From Trypethelium eluteriae (Eukaryota): a stretch of 54,505 nt of DNA. The translations under genes and the position numbers were made by a program. A model generated the notes under the pieces. It did no database searches. It was not told the origin of the DNA and worked only from the letters and a program-made list of their open reading frames with translations. The DNA lies in NCBI GenBank assembly GCA_051942245.1, contig JAVECL010000097.1:1-54505 (forward strand), given 5' to 3'. This document shows positions 38,235 through 50,004 of this stretch, piece by piece. The stretch's first letter is position 1; every line of letters starts with the position of its first letter.

Positions 38235-39813
38235 ATGTTTCCTGGCAACTCAACCAACAGTCTCGTCGCCGTCTGCTCTGTCTTACCTGCGCTTGCTCTT
38301 GTTGCAATCTCGTTGCGATTCTACGCTCGCCATGTGAAAAGAGCGCCCTATCGGATGGATGACTGGATCATGCTTCCCGCATTAGTCAGTAACCTTGAAC
38401 TTCATGCTCTGCATTATACACCTGCCTTCTACTATTCTGGGCCTGCCGAAGTTCTCCCACGACTCCACACCAGCCTCCACTCTACTAAAATGTACAGAGC
38501 TGATCATGGCCTCCGGAAATAGGTACTTCTGATTGTCGCATGTGTGCTTGCAATATACAGTATGTTTGCTCAAGTCAGGCTTTTCGTTATAGCTGAGGCC
38601 ACAATTCCAACCAGGTGTGAGACATCATGACCATGGGAGTCCGTCACCACCAGGTGATACCGGGTTTGATCCATCACAGGGCATGGTATGAAAATTCCAT
38701 GCTTGGCGATTATGCAAGTATACTGACGTCTGCTCCTTAAGGCAATGGCCCTGGAGCTGTCTATGACGCCTGCACTGGGCTGCACCAAGCTTGGCTACCT
38801 TCTATTCTACCGACGATTATTTTGCACGCATTGGAAGCACGATTTATTTGCTCACGTCACACTCGCTATGATGGTGGTGATCATCTGCTGGACTCTGACT
38901 TTCGAAATCATGGCCAGCGCGCAATGTGTTCAACACGATGAAGGGCAATCCGCCTTCTCCGGTACTACCTTTCAGTTTTGCAGACTGAATTATTCGTACC
39001 CACTTAGCTATACTATTACGGACGTTATTACGGACCTGTTGGTTATCCTGGTGCCAATTCCAAGGGTATAGAGCGAGGTTCCTACTATGAGCACACAACT
39101 GCTGACAAACGGTTCATTAGATATGGTCACTCAAGATGTCGCACGTACAGAAGGTTGGTGTCTCTCTCGTGTTCTCACTAGGACTACTGTAAGCATTGCC
39201 CCTCTGTCAGAAATCGTCCAAGACTTATTCGATCAGAGGCTTTGCCGCTTCAATCGCAAGGATGGTTAACGCCATATATCTTTCGAAATGTAAATATCAC
39301 TCACTCAATGTGTCGGCAAAGCGGCTACTGACAATTTATCTACAGATAGCACTTTGGAAAACGCAAATCCATCTGGTACGCGTGTCTCCCGCGCTCGCAG
39401 ACCCTCAAGACTGACACAACCATGCAGTGGAATACCTCGGACTCTCCTTCTGGGGCGTTACTGAGAGCGGGGTGACTCTCATCGCCGTCAACCTCCCCTC
39501 AGTTTCAGGCCTAGTCAACTTCAGGGCCTTTGGAAGCAATATCTCTAACGCTCGCGTCTTCCGCTACCTCGGTTTCGGAGGCTCTAAGAATGGGTCGAAT
39601 CCTTCACAATATGCCATGGGACACAATCATGGCGTTTGGAGACCGCCGATGTCATCCGAGACGGACCTCGTTTTTAAAGTTAGTCAAGAGAGTCACGTAC
39701 AGAGTCTTGCAATACATGAATTGGAGGCCGGGAGGGCCGCACCGGAGCACTTGCAAAATCCGAGGGCAATTTTGGTTAAGCAGAGTATTTTGCAGATCAG
39801 GGATGAGATGTGA
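38235..39813 (+). CDS. PTH11-like (fungal rhodopsin-domain) integral membrane protein without CFEM, multi-exon
   Basis: LRFYAR..RMDDWIMLPAL, GCTKLGYLLFYRRLF, DVITDLLVILVPIP|IWSLKM..KVGVSLVFSLG, FWGVTESGVTLIAVNLP. The first exons splice in frame. Confidence 0.88.
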
Positions 39814-40176
39814 CATCTCTATTTCACTCCCACCAGTTCGGAGGCTTCCCCATTACGGATTCCAGCTTGCCAGGCGAAACCTCGCTACCGCGACAGATAG
39901 GACACGGTGGAAGATGCAGAGGCTGTTAAGGGAAATTTCCTGATTCTCTAAAACGCTATCCGGGAGACCGCGAACGAGCTAAGGGGCACCTGCCTGCGCA
40001 CGCCGCGCTAATCATCTAAAAGAACCCATCAGACCAACCTCATCTTTCTTCATTTCAGGAATCTGACCCTTTATTCGATGTCTCCTGCATGCAACTCAAC
40101 CCGAGATGTTGTCGTTTCGGTTTCCAGCCTTGTATGCGCGATGCGATTCTCCTATGCCCATATGCGTTGCAGTCAT

Positions 40177-42900
40177 TTATTTTCTGAAAGCGGAAGACAT
40201 GCCAACAACCTCTTTCAAATGAGATTTCGTCAGCTTAGGAACAACTGGATCGGTAGCTGATCCCTCGGTCTTCTTGGCTTCCTTTGCCTCAAAGACGGCA
40301 AGGGCTACAGCTGTTTGGAAGGCTGGGTGCGAGTCAGTGCTTGTGCAGTGGCAGATCAGACATGGCTCAACATACCGTTGCGTATCTCTCGTCCATTCCA
40401 TTGCAGCTTCTTGACATCTTCGGATTCAGTGGCATGGCCAAGAGCACTGTACTCGTACACACGCTGAGAACCTGCATGGGTCTCTTCCAATGAATGGAAA
40501 AGGTTGTCCCAGATTTATCTCGAGCTTGGTCGTCCAGTGAGTCATAATCAATCGAGACATGGATGCCAAACATGATTGCTTCATCAAACTGCCCGACCCT
40601 GTTTGTCGTGAGAAAGAAAATGCCCCGGAAATATTCCAAAGCTCGTTAGAATACTTGATTGAAAACATAAAAGTGACTGCATTACCTGTCACCACACTAT
40701 TTCGCTCCAAACTATCCGTCGATCGTTGCTGGAGGTAGATATCCGCTTCGTCAAGTAGTATACTAGCATCCCAATCATTCGCCTTTCTAAAATTTTCTAG
40801 TAATACTTGTTCCATAGCTGAATGATCATCACCAAGATGCGCTCCTGTAATAGAGAGAAGCGGTCGTCTGGTGTACTCGGCAATAGCCTCTAACAAAGTG
40901 TTAGGCAGTGTTTACTTTTCGATAAACTTGACATACCAGCAGTCTGAATATGCTGGAGCACAGGTTCTATTGGCCCGTTAGGTGGCGTAGTCGCAAATTG
41001 GAGTATCCTGAGATCGCAATTCGGGATACAAGAAGCCAGATCAAGTTCAGACGATACGTCAAATAGAAATTAGAAGATGTTTGGATGCGACTTATCCATT
41101 GGTTCGCCTGATAATTTCTTGAGATCAACGGGCTTCGACTAAGCCTAGGAATGGCCGAAAGATCTCGGAGCTACTAAATTTGGCTTTCAAGGGTCTCTAC
41201 TACTTGGCTTTCCTCATAGAACGCCGCACAACCTCTGCTTATTGGCGAAACACAGTCACGAGCTTACCAAAGGAATGTAGCCTGCAAGCAAATGAAATCG
41301 TTGTATACGAAAATGGTGAATTCGATTTGACGCTCACAATTACGCCAGACCTCCAAGTTGGTTCGAACGTTTGCTCCATCGACCTAGTCCCAGAATTGTT
41401 CATGAAAAAGCACTGGATAAGTTAGACGTAACACTACTGACTTGGTGTCTGCTGTCAAGCCTATTATATCAACCTCGCCATCGCCATAAACTCTCAGATA
41501 CAGACTACCGTCGTCCCTCAATGCTGAGCGACAGTTAGACGTGGAGGACTCTGACGACTTTCACAACACATATCTCTTCTGAGGATATTCCCGATAATCT
41601 TTTCCAGTCACGGCTTTGAATATAGGAGCCCAGAATTTTATCTCTCCATCTTGAACACAGCCTGGTATGCGTAAAAGTTGTGCCACCTCGCTAAAATCGT
41701 CGTGGGGCTTATTATTCCGGCGGACGATGATCTGTTCAGAGAATTAGACAATAGAAGTACTGTGGCTTTCATGTCTGCTGCTTACCTCACTCAGATCCTT
41801 CAACACTTCAGCATGGCCTTCCTCAATGCCTTCTATATCTAGCTCTACAAGTCGTCTTGGTTTTGCCGCGATGGGCTGCACTTGTCGAACAAGGTCAATT
41901 GTGGAGTGATTACCGTCGTCGGTTTCCTCCTTCTCCGACAGATCGGAATATCTTTTTCTGCTGGCCTTTTTCTTGACCACTTTCGCAAATTTGATCGCAA
42001 GATTATCAAGTCCAAGCTGTAAATACCACCTCAGGTGCTGGTTGGATTCAACCTCATTCTCTTCCATCCTTGTCACCTTTTGCATGGTCTCGTCGAGCTT
42101 TTCCGTGGTTTTGTCAAGCTTTTCCTTCGTTTCACGGAGTTCATTCTCGACACGCTAGCACTGTGAGATAGGATCATCAATAAGGGGCTCTTGGTTCTAC
42201 GTACCTTGAACATCCCGGCGTTCTGTCTGAGCGTTTTGGAGAATGGTACTTGTACCTTGATACGTCTGGTGTCTTCAGCTTGGTTGTCGTATTCAATACC
42301 TTTCCAATCCTCTCGATCGATTTCAGTGTGTATCTGAGTACATGCTTGTTTGAGTACTGATTCATGTTGGAAAAACAACCCGAGCGGGAGTTTTCTTATA
42401 GATTTCTTGTAATTCTCGCGGGAAATCCACATGATCAGCGAAGGCTCGTACTCCATTCCTGAGATGAACGGAATGTGCCAAAGGAATGCGGTATAGGAAT
42501 GAATTCTCACGAATGCTATAGTGATTTTTATCTACAACATGCTTGAATAGCAAGCTGATTTACAAACCATATTAGAGAACTATGTCAGCGGCTTTTGCAT
42601 GTTTGTATAGTCAAACATACCTTTAGCCCTACGTTCAAAGGCTTGCTACGACAATCATGCAGCGGATCAGACTTTATAAGGAAGAAAGAAGGGAAAGATT
42701 TTTTTGATTGTTTTGAGAATGTGTACGAGAGGGCGGAGGCTTACTATTGTTCCTTTTCGGATACATCGTACGGTGTGACGGGCCTGTTGTTTGCATTCCT
42801 GCAAACTTATCGCGACCACGGTTTCTGAAAATGTTTTGAAAAATTTCACCGTCGCAGAAGTTTGCCGAATTCGTGTGCTTTCTTCCACTAGCATTGGTTG
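40177..42900 (-). pseudogene. Degraded fungal AAA+ ATPase gene (5' limit approximate)
   Basis: AAA core remnants TAEAIAEYTRRPLL, LLDEADIYL, LEYFRGIFFLTTNRVGQFDEA, WNGREIRN|AFQTAVALA. There is a 1-nt frameshift near 40515, no Walker A (GxxGxGKT) before TAE, and fragmented upstream ORFs with stops. Confidence 0.82.
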
Positions 42901-43159
42901 AGTACCCTCACCGAGCCCTGCGCCGGACTACCGTGTTATGTGTAAGTGATCTTAAGAGGTCTAATCTAGAGTTTCGGAGGTTGAAAAGGCCCCGTGCGGC
43001 CTGACATACGATACGATACGATACCGAGTGGAGTATTTCCTCCATTGCCTCCAAAAGTCCCCACCTGCAAGGTAGAGATGAACGACCCACTATCTCTCTG
43101 AGAGCTCATAGATTTGCGCAAAGCCATATAGCCAATCGGTGGTATTGGGGTATTATGTG

Positions 43160-43400
43160 TGGTGTATTTCTAAGTCTTTGTGTTTCTTAATAGGTTAGAA
43201 ATTGCAATAAAAGAACCCTTTTTGTAAAGTAACAAACCCTAATACCCTTAGGATTATTCTATAATTGCTTATTAGAGGTAGGTTAGCTTCTGCTAAAGCT
43301 AAACTCTTAATAATGTTCCTATTGGTTAAAAGACTGTTGTTAGAACACATATAACTTCTTGTTAACATTTGACTGAAAGCAAGTATTATTAGGCTCAAGA
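43160..43400. other. AT-rich, TpA-rich patch resembling RIP-mutated sequence
   Basis: Abrupt GC drop with dense TAA/TAG/TTA and almost no CpG (e.g. ccctaatacccttaggattattctataattgcttattagagg). Confidence 0.6.
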
Positions 43401-43529
43401 ATCCGCGGCCTGGGCTCTTTGCGAAAAGATTATAACAAATTGAATCACGCTACACTGTGCTTATCCTAGCTTACGGCAGCTAAGGGCGCGTCCAAACTTG
43501 CTCAGTATGGCTTAATGTAGCTCAGTCAC

Positions 43530-44857
43530 AGGGGAGACGATAGCCAAAACGGTCGTCGACATCTCGATCAAGGCCTCCCGATGCACTCAGCTCCTTCAAG
43601 TAATAAAGACGCAGGCGCTCAGAGAGCAGTTGTCCGAAATGTATTCGTATTTGTTCGCTTTATACCGGGACGTAATAGTGTGGTACATGAAACACCAAGT
43701 CTCGAAGTTCTTCGGAAGCTTTAACGAAGATACCAAGGAAAAATTCAGTGAAGCGGCGACGGAGATTGACGATTGCAGTTCGAAGACGTACCGTCAGGCC
43801 GATATAGCCCATCTAGCTATGAGTCTCGTAACATCGAAGAATATCTCGGAAATCAAGACCGAGGTCAATCGATACTGTCAAGAGCTAGATGAGGCTAAGA
43901 TCAAAACTGGCATGTTCATGCGAGAAGCCTTCATGGCAACGCACAGACGCTTTACTACTGAGCAGATGGTTCAGCGTCAGAGCAGGCCCCAGATCCAGGA
44001 CATCGCAGATCATCAAGAGATCAACGCCGACTAGGAGTCCATCAACCGCACGACGGCCCGGAGGTACATACATGACCTGGAACATTTTCATCGTTGGTGA
44101 TGAAGGCCAAACCCTCTTCCATAGTGGCACATTGTGGGAACCTGGGGGTGATGTGTCCTCCAGAGTTGAGAATTGAATGTCCGACACGACTGAATCTCAA
44201 GTTTTGTGGATCTTTAGCCCGGACACTTTTGAGGGCGTGACCCGCGCTCGAGCCGCTGCCCTTACCTCTCTATTCTCCGGTTGGCAGACCGAAACCCCTA
44301 TCATCTCACATTTTTGCGAACGACCGAGACAGGACACCGAAGAGGCGTCGCTGACGATTGAACAAGCGGGATTGATCGGATTAGTCTACAGTCTGATAAC
44401 GCAGCTGTTGCAATCCCATGTCGATGACGATAGGTTTGAGGTCAATGAGGGTATGGTCAAAGCGCTTGATGGTACTCAAGAGTCATAGTCTTGTAGCCTG
44501 GAGCTGCTAGAACGACTGCTTGATCATACCCAGCTGCTGTCTTTTTGCATTATTGATGGTCTGAACGAATTGGAATGGTCCAATGGGTCGGGTTGGTGCT
44601 CAAGATTTCTCGATATCCTATTTGGAGACAACAAAAGCAAGGCCCGAGGTTTCAAGATTTTGTTGACAACGAGCGGTCAATCGAGATTTTCGCCGGGGCG
44701 AGTCAGCTCGAAAGATCGCTTCGATGCGCTGAAGTCGGCAACAAGGGTCTTGATAGATAGCGGAACGGGACGCGCCGATAGTGAGAGCAAGGACGGCGTC
44801 TTTGGCTTGACGTATGCCATTAGGGTGGACTCAAGTATGCTGAAGGAGATGCTTTGA
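43530..44857 (+). pseudogene. Degraded gene for a helical N-terminal domain plus degenerate P-loop/STAND (NACHT/NPHP3_N-like) domain
   Basis: Fragments LSEMYSYLFALYRDVIVWY..FGSFNE, VLWIFSP, IISHFC, LVYSLITQLL, FCIIDGLNELE (Walker B-like) and FKILLTT. Stops at 44032, 44174 and 44486, plus a frameshift near 44040-44080. Confidence 0.65.
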
Positions 44858-45845
44858 GGTCAAAGCTATTGTATCCGCTAGGAGACGGTTTTGAGTTCGA
44901 GACTTCAAATGTCAAGCAGCAGCTACTCAAGCCGCTGGTCTATGCTTCTTGCAATTAGAGTAGTGATGATAGCGTTTCAGTCAGAGTTGCAGATCTCTCC
45001 CGCGGTGTTTGTTTAGAAATATAAAGTCTTTGATCGTTCAGACCTTTGGTTGGCTGGGAGGAGGCACGGGAGGGTGGGCTAAAGACAGGGCGATTGCATA
45101 AGCCAAGGGGTTCACAAGCGTGCTGAGGTAATTAATTAATAATACTCCGTACCTTGCCACCTTGCTATGCCGGTTACTCTCCGGCACCATGGTGTGACTC
45201 CCCGCGATAGGGCTGCTGCTCTACCTATAGCTCCATCCACCTCCACCTCCATGTATTTCTTAGGCCTTAGCTTTCTAGCTTCTGCACCATTACGCGACCT
45301 TCTCTGCTTCCTCACTAGCTGCTCACTATTCCAGCCTTAATCTGTCTGCATCGTAGCTTACATGACCGCATAAGCTCATATTTCCACCAAGCTTCCCCTC
45401 CTATGCGCCTGTCATGCGAGTTCAGCAACCACTTCATTTGATTAACATAAGTTTGACCTGAAATTTAGCTCATTCATCTGAGCTCAACCCCCGAAATTTC
45501 TCGTTTCTTTCTTCGGTTCCTAGATCACAGTGTCGGAGAAAGACTTTTAAGTGCAAGCATTTGCTGAGGTACAGCAATTCATACAAGCGAAAAGATCTTA
45601 GCATGGCCGCGGCTGAGGATGTCGGTGGCTTGGCATCATGTATATATGACATTTCCAAGATCGTTCAGGCCTTGCCGCATTCCGTTACTCCCGCTAGATC
45701 CTTCGAGATGCCATTGCGTCATTGACCATGGATTTATCCGGTGATCCTAGTGGCAGTCTTATAACTCAATCCAATTCTAGAGAGAAGATGTGAGTATACA
45801 TAGCGCAGAAAAACGGATATAGCAGTTTGATTTCGAATTGGCATC

Positions 45846-47986
45846 ATGCTATTTCTTTCTCTCCTCCTTGTTCGACAAGCTTCAGCGATCAACCTTTTCA
45901 CTACGGACGGTCAAAGAGGCCCTCTTCTAGGCACTGCTTTCGGTGCTCCTGGAGCCGATGCGAACTTCGACTATGTCGTCGTTGGCGGAGGCACAGCTGG
46001 GCTTACGCTTGCAACACGACTGTCTGCCAATAAGTCCATGAGCGTTGCAGTCATCGAAGCTGGTGGCTTCTACGAGATTGACAACGGTAATTATAGTACC
46101 GTTCCAGGATATTATGGCTACTTCACGGGAGCGGATCCAAATAATACTCAGCCCCTGATTGATTGGGGATTTGTAACGACCCCACAACATGTAGGTCTCT
46201 TTCTTTACATACTTTACCCTACTGAGGCTCTGGCGAAGTTTCTGTATCTGCGATGCACCATTAGCCGCCTTAGAATACAGGTTTGCTTTCCACACTGCCG
46301 CATGCGTAGCTTAAGATGCACCAATATTCAATACGATGAATGCACACCAAAACAATGACAAACCGCTCAACATTATTCTTCGTACTTACCAAAGCATTAG
46401 GGCTATGCCAACAGAAGTGCGCACTATGCCCGAGGAAAAACTTTGGGTGGCTCGTCCGCGAGAAATTATATGGTCTATCACAGGTCAGGCTCAGCGATGG
46501 TTCAATCTTCACCTCGGAAAGTTGCTAACAGCATGTTGCTAGGGGAAGTACCGATTCATACCAACAATGGGCCAACCAAGTTGGGGACGAGAGCTACACG
46601 TTTCCTAATTTTCTTCCTTACTTCGAGAAATCGGTACATTTTACTCCTCTTGCACCCGGCACGTTCCCGAACGAGTCCTATTCGCAGGATACCAGCGTCT
46701 TCAGTCCAATGGGAGGCCCACTTCAAGTCTCGGCTGGAAACTACGAGGTTCCTTTAGGGTCGTACGCTGCCCTGGCTTTGCCGGGACTTGGTATGGCGCA
46801 GATCGACGGCTTTAATGGTGGGCGCCTTCTCGGTTCAGGTTTCACCGTTCAGACGATTGACCCTCGCAACGCTCATCGATCCTCCTCCGAATCTAGCTTC
46901 CTACAGGCCTCGTTCCAGAATGGCACGCCACCGATCATTTACAAGAATACGCTGGCCCAACGGATCCTCTTCGATAGCAAGAAGACTGCCACGGGCATTC
47001 AAGCCACGGTTGCCGGTACATACGGTACACCTTCTGTGGATTTCACGCTCTCGGCTCGAAAAGAGGTCATTCTGTCTGCAGGAGCATTTCAATCTCCCCA
47101 GCTTCTCATGGTGTCAGGTATTGGGTCATGCCCTTATCTTGCCCCTTTCAATATCTCTTGCCTTGCCGATCTTCCTGGTGTGGGACAAAACATGTGGGAT
47201 CAACCTATCTTCGGTACGAGTCATCGCGTGAATGTGGAGACCGCCAGCGCCCTCGCAAACAATGCTTCTCTTACGGCCGCTGCCGTTCAGGCGTACTTAC
47301 ACAATGGAAGTGGCCCACTGACCACTGGGAATCAATACTTCGGGTGGGAAAAGCTTCCAGATCCTTATCGCTCCGCTCTCTCCAATGCATCCCTAGAAGC
47401 ACTAGCGACGTTTCCGGCAGACTGGCCTGAGCTTGAATGGCTACCCCAAAACTCGTACGCGGGCAACAGTTCGATTCGCCCTTTCGACCCTCGTGATGGA
47501 TCTAACTATGCTACGCTCAGCGTTGGCCTGATGGCGCCGCTGTCTCGAGGATCAGTGAGACTGCAAAGCGACCGGATGGATGTCCCTCCTCTCATCGATC
47601 CAGCGTGGCTGACGGACCCCACAGATGCCGAGCTGGCTGTTCAGGCATTTAAAAGGACACGGCAAGCATGGGACGTGCTAGTCAACTTAGGCCTCGCGGA
47701 TCCAGAAGAGGCTCTACCAGGCGCGAATGTGACAACAGACGCACAGATCCGGGACTTCATCGCGCAAAGCGCGCTCACGCTCTACCACGCCAGTGTTACT
47801 TGCAAGATGGGACAAGCGAATGATAGCATGGCTGTCGTGGATAGTCGGGCCAGGGTGATGGGAGGTGTCAGTAATTTGCGGGTCGTGGATGCTAGCGCTT
47901 TCCCATTTTTACCACCTGGGCATCCACAGGCAACGATATATGCGCTTGCTGAAAAAATTGCGGAAGATATCTTGCAAGATCTCTGA
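45846..47986 (+). CDS. Secreted GMC oxidoreductase (AA3; PatE/versicolorin B synthase-like); 3 exons
   Basis: Signal peptide; FDYVVVGGGTAG, YARGKTLGGSSARNYMVYHR|GS, EVILSAGAFQSPQLLMVSGIG, LYHASVTCKMG, LRVVDASAFPFLPPGHPQATIY (His/His pair). Confidence 0.94.
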
Positions 47987-49281
47987 GAACCCAGGTCTTG
48001 ATGGAATTTGAGGATGAGAAAATAGTTGACGAGATTGCTGAGGGGTGACCGTACTAATTTTTAGTTGTAAGTGCTGGATTTGCGTAGATAGGCGATTACG
48101 GGGATCTTGGAGATCATTGAGTTCTGCTTATTCACGTTTCAAGGCCATGCAATAGAACGGAAACACTGACCAAGCCTAGACCAGTGGTAAGATGTCGGCG
48201 CGGGTCCTAGGAAAGCGGTCCATTAGGTATCTGTACCTCGTCAGAAGGCTGTCGCGGGGTCAAGAAACTTTTTCAGCGCCCTGGATCGAATAGGGGCTTG
48301 AGAACTGCAGGCTTCAATGTGCACGAATAACAGGGTGAAGCCTGTGTTCATTTTCACGGCTGGAAAAGCCGCGTAGGCCGTAGAATATGTACAGAAAACG
48401 TAGTGGCTTTGCACCTTCATTGCAGCACGAACACCGACCAATCCTGTTTTGTCCGCTGATTCTGCTCTTGCAGCTTTACTTTGTGATCGTTCGCTTTGAG
48501 TCTATGATGTTAGGTCCGTATCTGGTCTTGGCTTAAGCTGCCATTAGAAATATCATCCTCTTCTGTAGTGGTTGTGCCTGTTTTGATCGCATAGAACATT
48601 GTCCTTGGTGCGAACATATCGGATATAAAGGAACTCTGATCTTCGCCAAAATTCTAGTGCATAAGACCAAACCTCTCTGCCTCCCAATCGAAAGGCCGCG
48701 AAAGGTACACCTTCCTGGGGTCTGAAGCAAAGTCTTCGACAGTGATCGCTCCTGTACCTGGATCCTTGGATTGGCACTGGTAACCCGATAGCTCAAGGTC
48801 AAGACAAGGATCTGGCGGGAGGTCGTCTGTAGACAAGCTAGAATGGATCACGTTCCTGCAATGGACAAAGGTGATCGCTTTCACCGGTTATTGACACCAT
48901 CGAGTTCTCTACCCCGTCAAATGTCCCATGGGATGCGAGGCGAGAAAACTATTGAGCGCGCACTTTACGGGGAGTTCAAGCAAAATACACTGTGGAGCGC
49001 CGAACAGATGAGAAGCCCTAGATGGGAGCCCAGGCCACGGTAAAGGTGCTCTGAGTAACAGGAGCTGGAACACCAACCGACCTCTGCATACCTTCTGGGC
49101 AGCAGTTTTCAAGGGGACAAGACAGCATTCCGCCTATCAACAAGGCATCTCTAGAACATCGCGCATTGGGAGTCATGGAGCTCATGGATGCGCCTTGAGT
49201 AGATACGGACATACTGAAAGGCTGGAGGCAGGTGAAGGTTTCATGTAGAGCAGCACAACAACACAACGGCATGATAGTTGA

Positions 49282-49313
49282 GAGACGGTGAGACGGTGAG
49301 ATGGTGAGATGGT
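49282..49313. repeat. 8-bp tandem repeat (GAGAYGGT)x4
   Basis: gagacggt gagacggt gagatggt gagatggt. Confidence 0.8.
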
Positions 49314-50004
49314 GGTGGCTTCAGGGTCCGCGCGGGCCGCTGCAGGTACGAGCAGCCTTCATGCGCTAGTTACCTTACCTTAGGTAGTAGCTACTGTAGG
49401 TACGATTTTGCCCAAGCGAAGAGAAGATGTGACATTATTGACAGTGATATCATCATTCTTCTCCAGTTCTACCAACAGGAGCAGAAATGAGGATTTTCCG
49501 ACACCGCCAGAAGTCCGCGCTTTCTCAAACAGCCCGTTCGAGGTGTCGCCGTCCCTGGATTGGCCGCGACTAAAATCCACCCCTGCGAAGATCGGCAACC
49601 ACCAATCAAGAACGGGTGACCCCTTTTCCTTTATCTTCATGAAACACCAGTCCACGGCAGCGTACCAAGCGCCGTAGCATGCAATTTCGACGAGGGAAAC
49701 CCTGGGCCGATGGATAGCGCTGCACCGCCGACCACCCACCTCTCAATCATTATGCTTCTCTCCGACTCTTGACTCTCCTTTCTTTCCATCCATCGACCTA
49801 TTCACGGCGGGTGGGCGGTTGTCCACATCCACTCTTTTTACATACCCCAGGTCAATTCTCCCTTGCATGGTACTGCAGCAGTCACTCCTTCGTTGACCTT
49901 TTCCCCCAAACACAGTCATTTTCATTTATCCACCGAGTCATTCAAAATCTTGTCCTTCGACTCTTCAAGCCGACAGCCACATAACGTAACTATTGGTAGT
50001 CAAG

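Noticed and set aside
48200..49272. Possible minus-strand gene relic between GMC and GH16
   Set aside because: Some donor-like sites, but no coherent frame or recognisable domain could be assembled.
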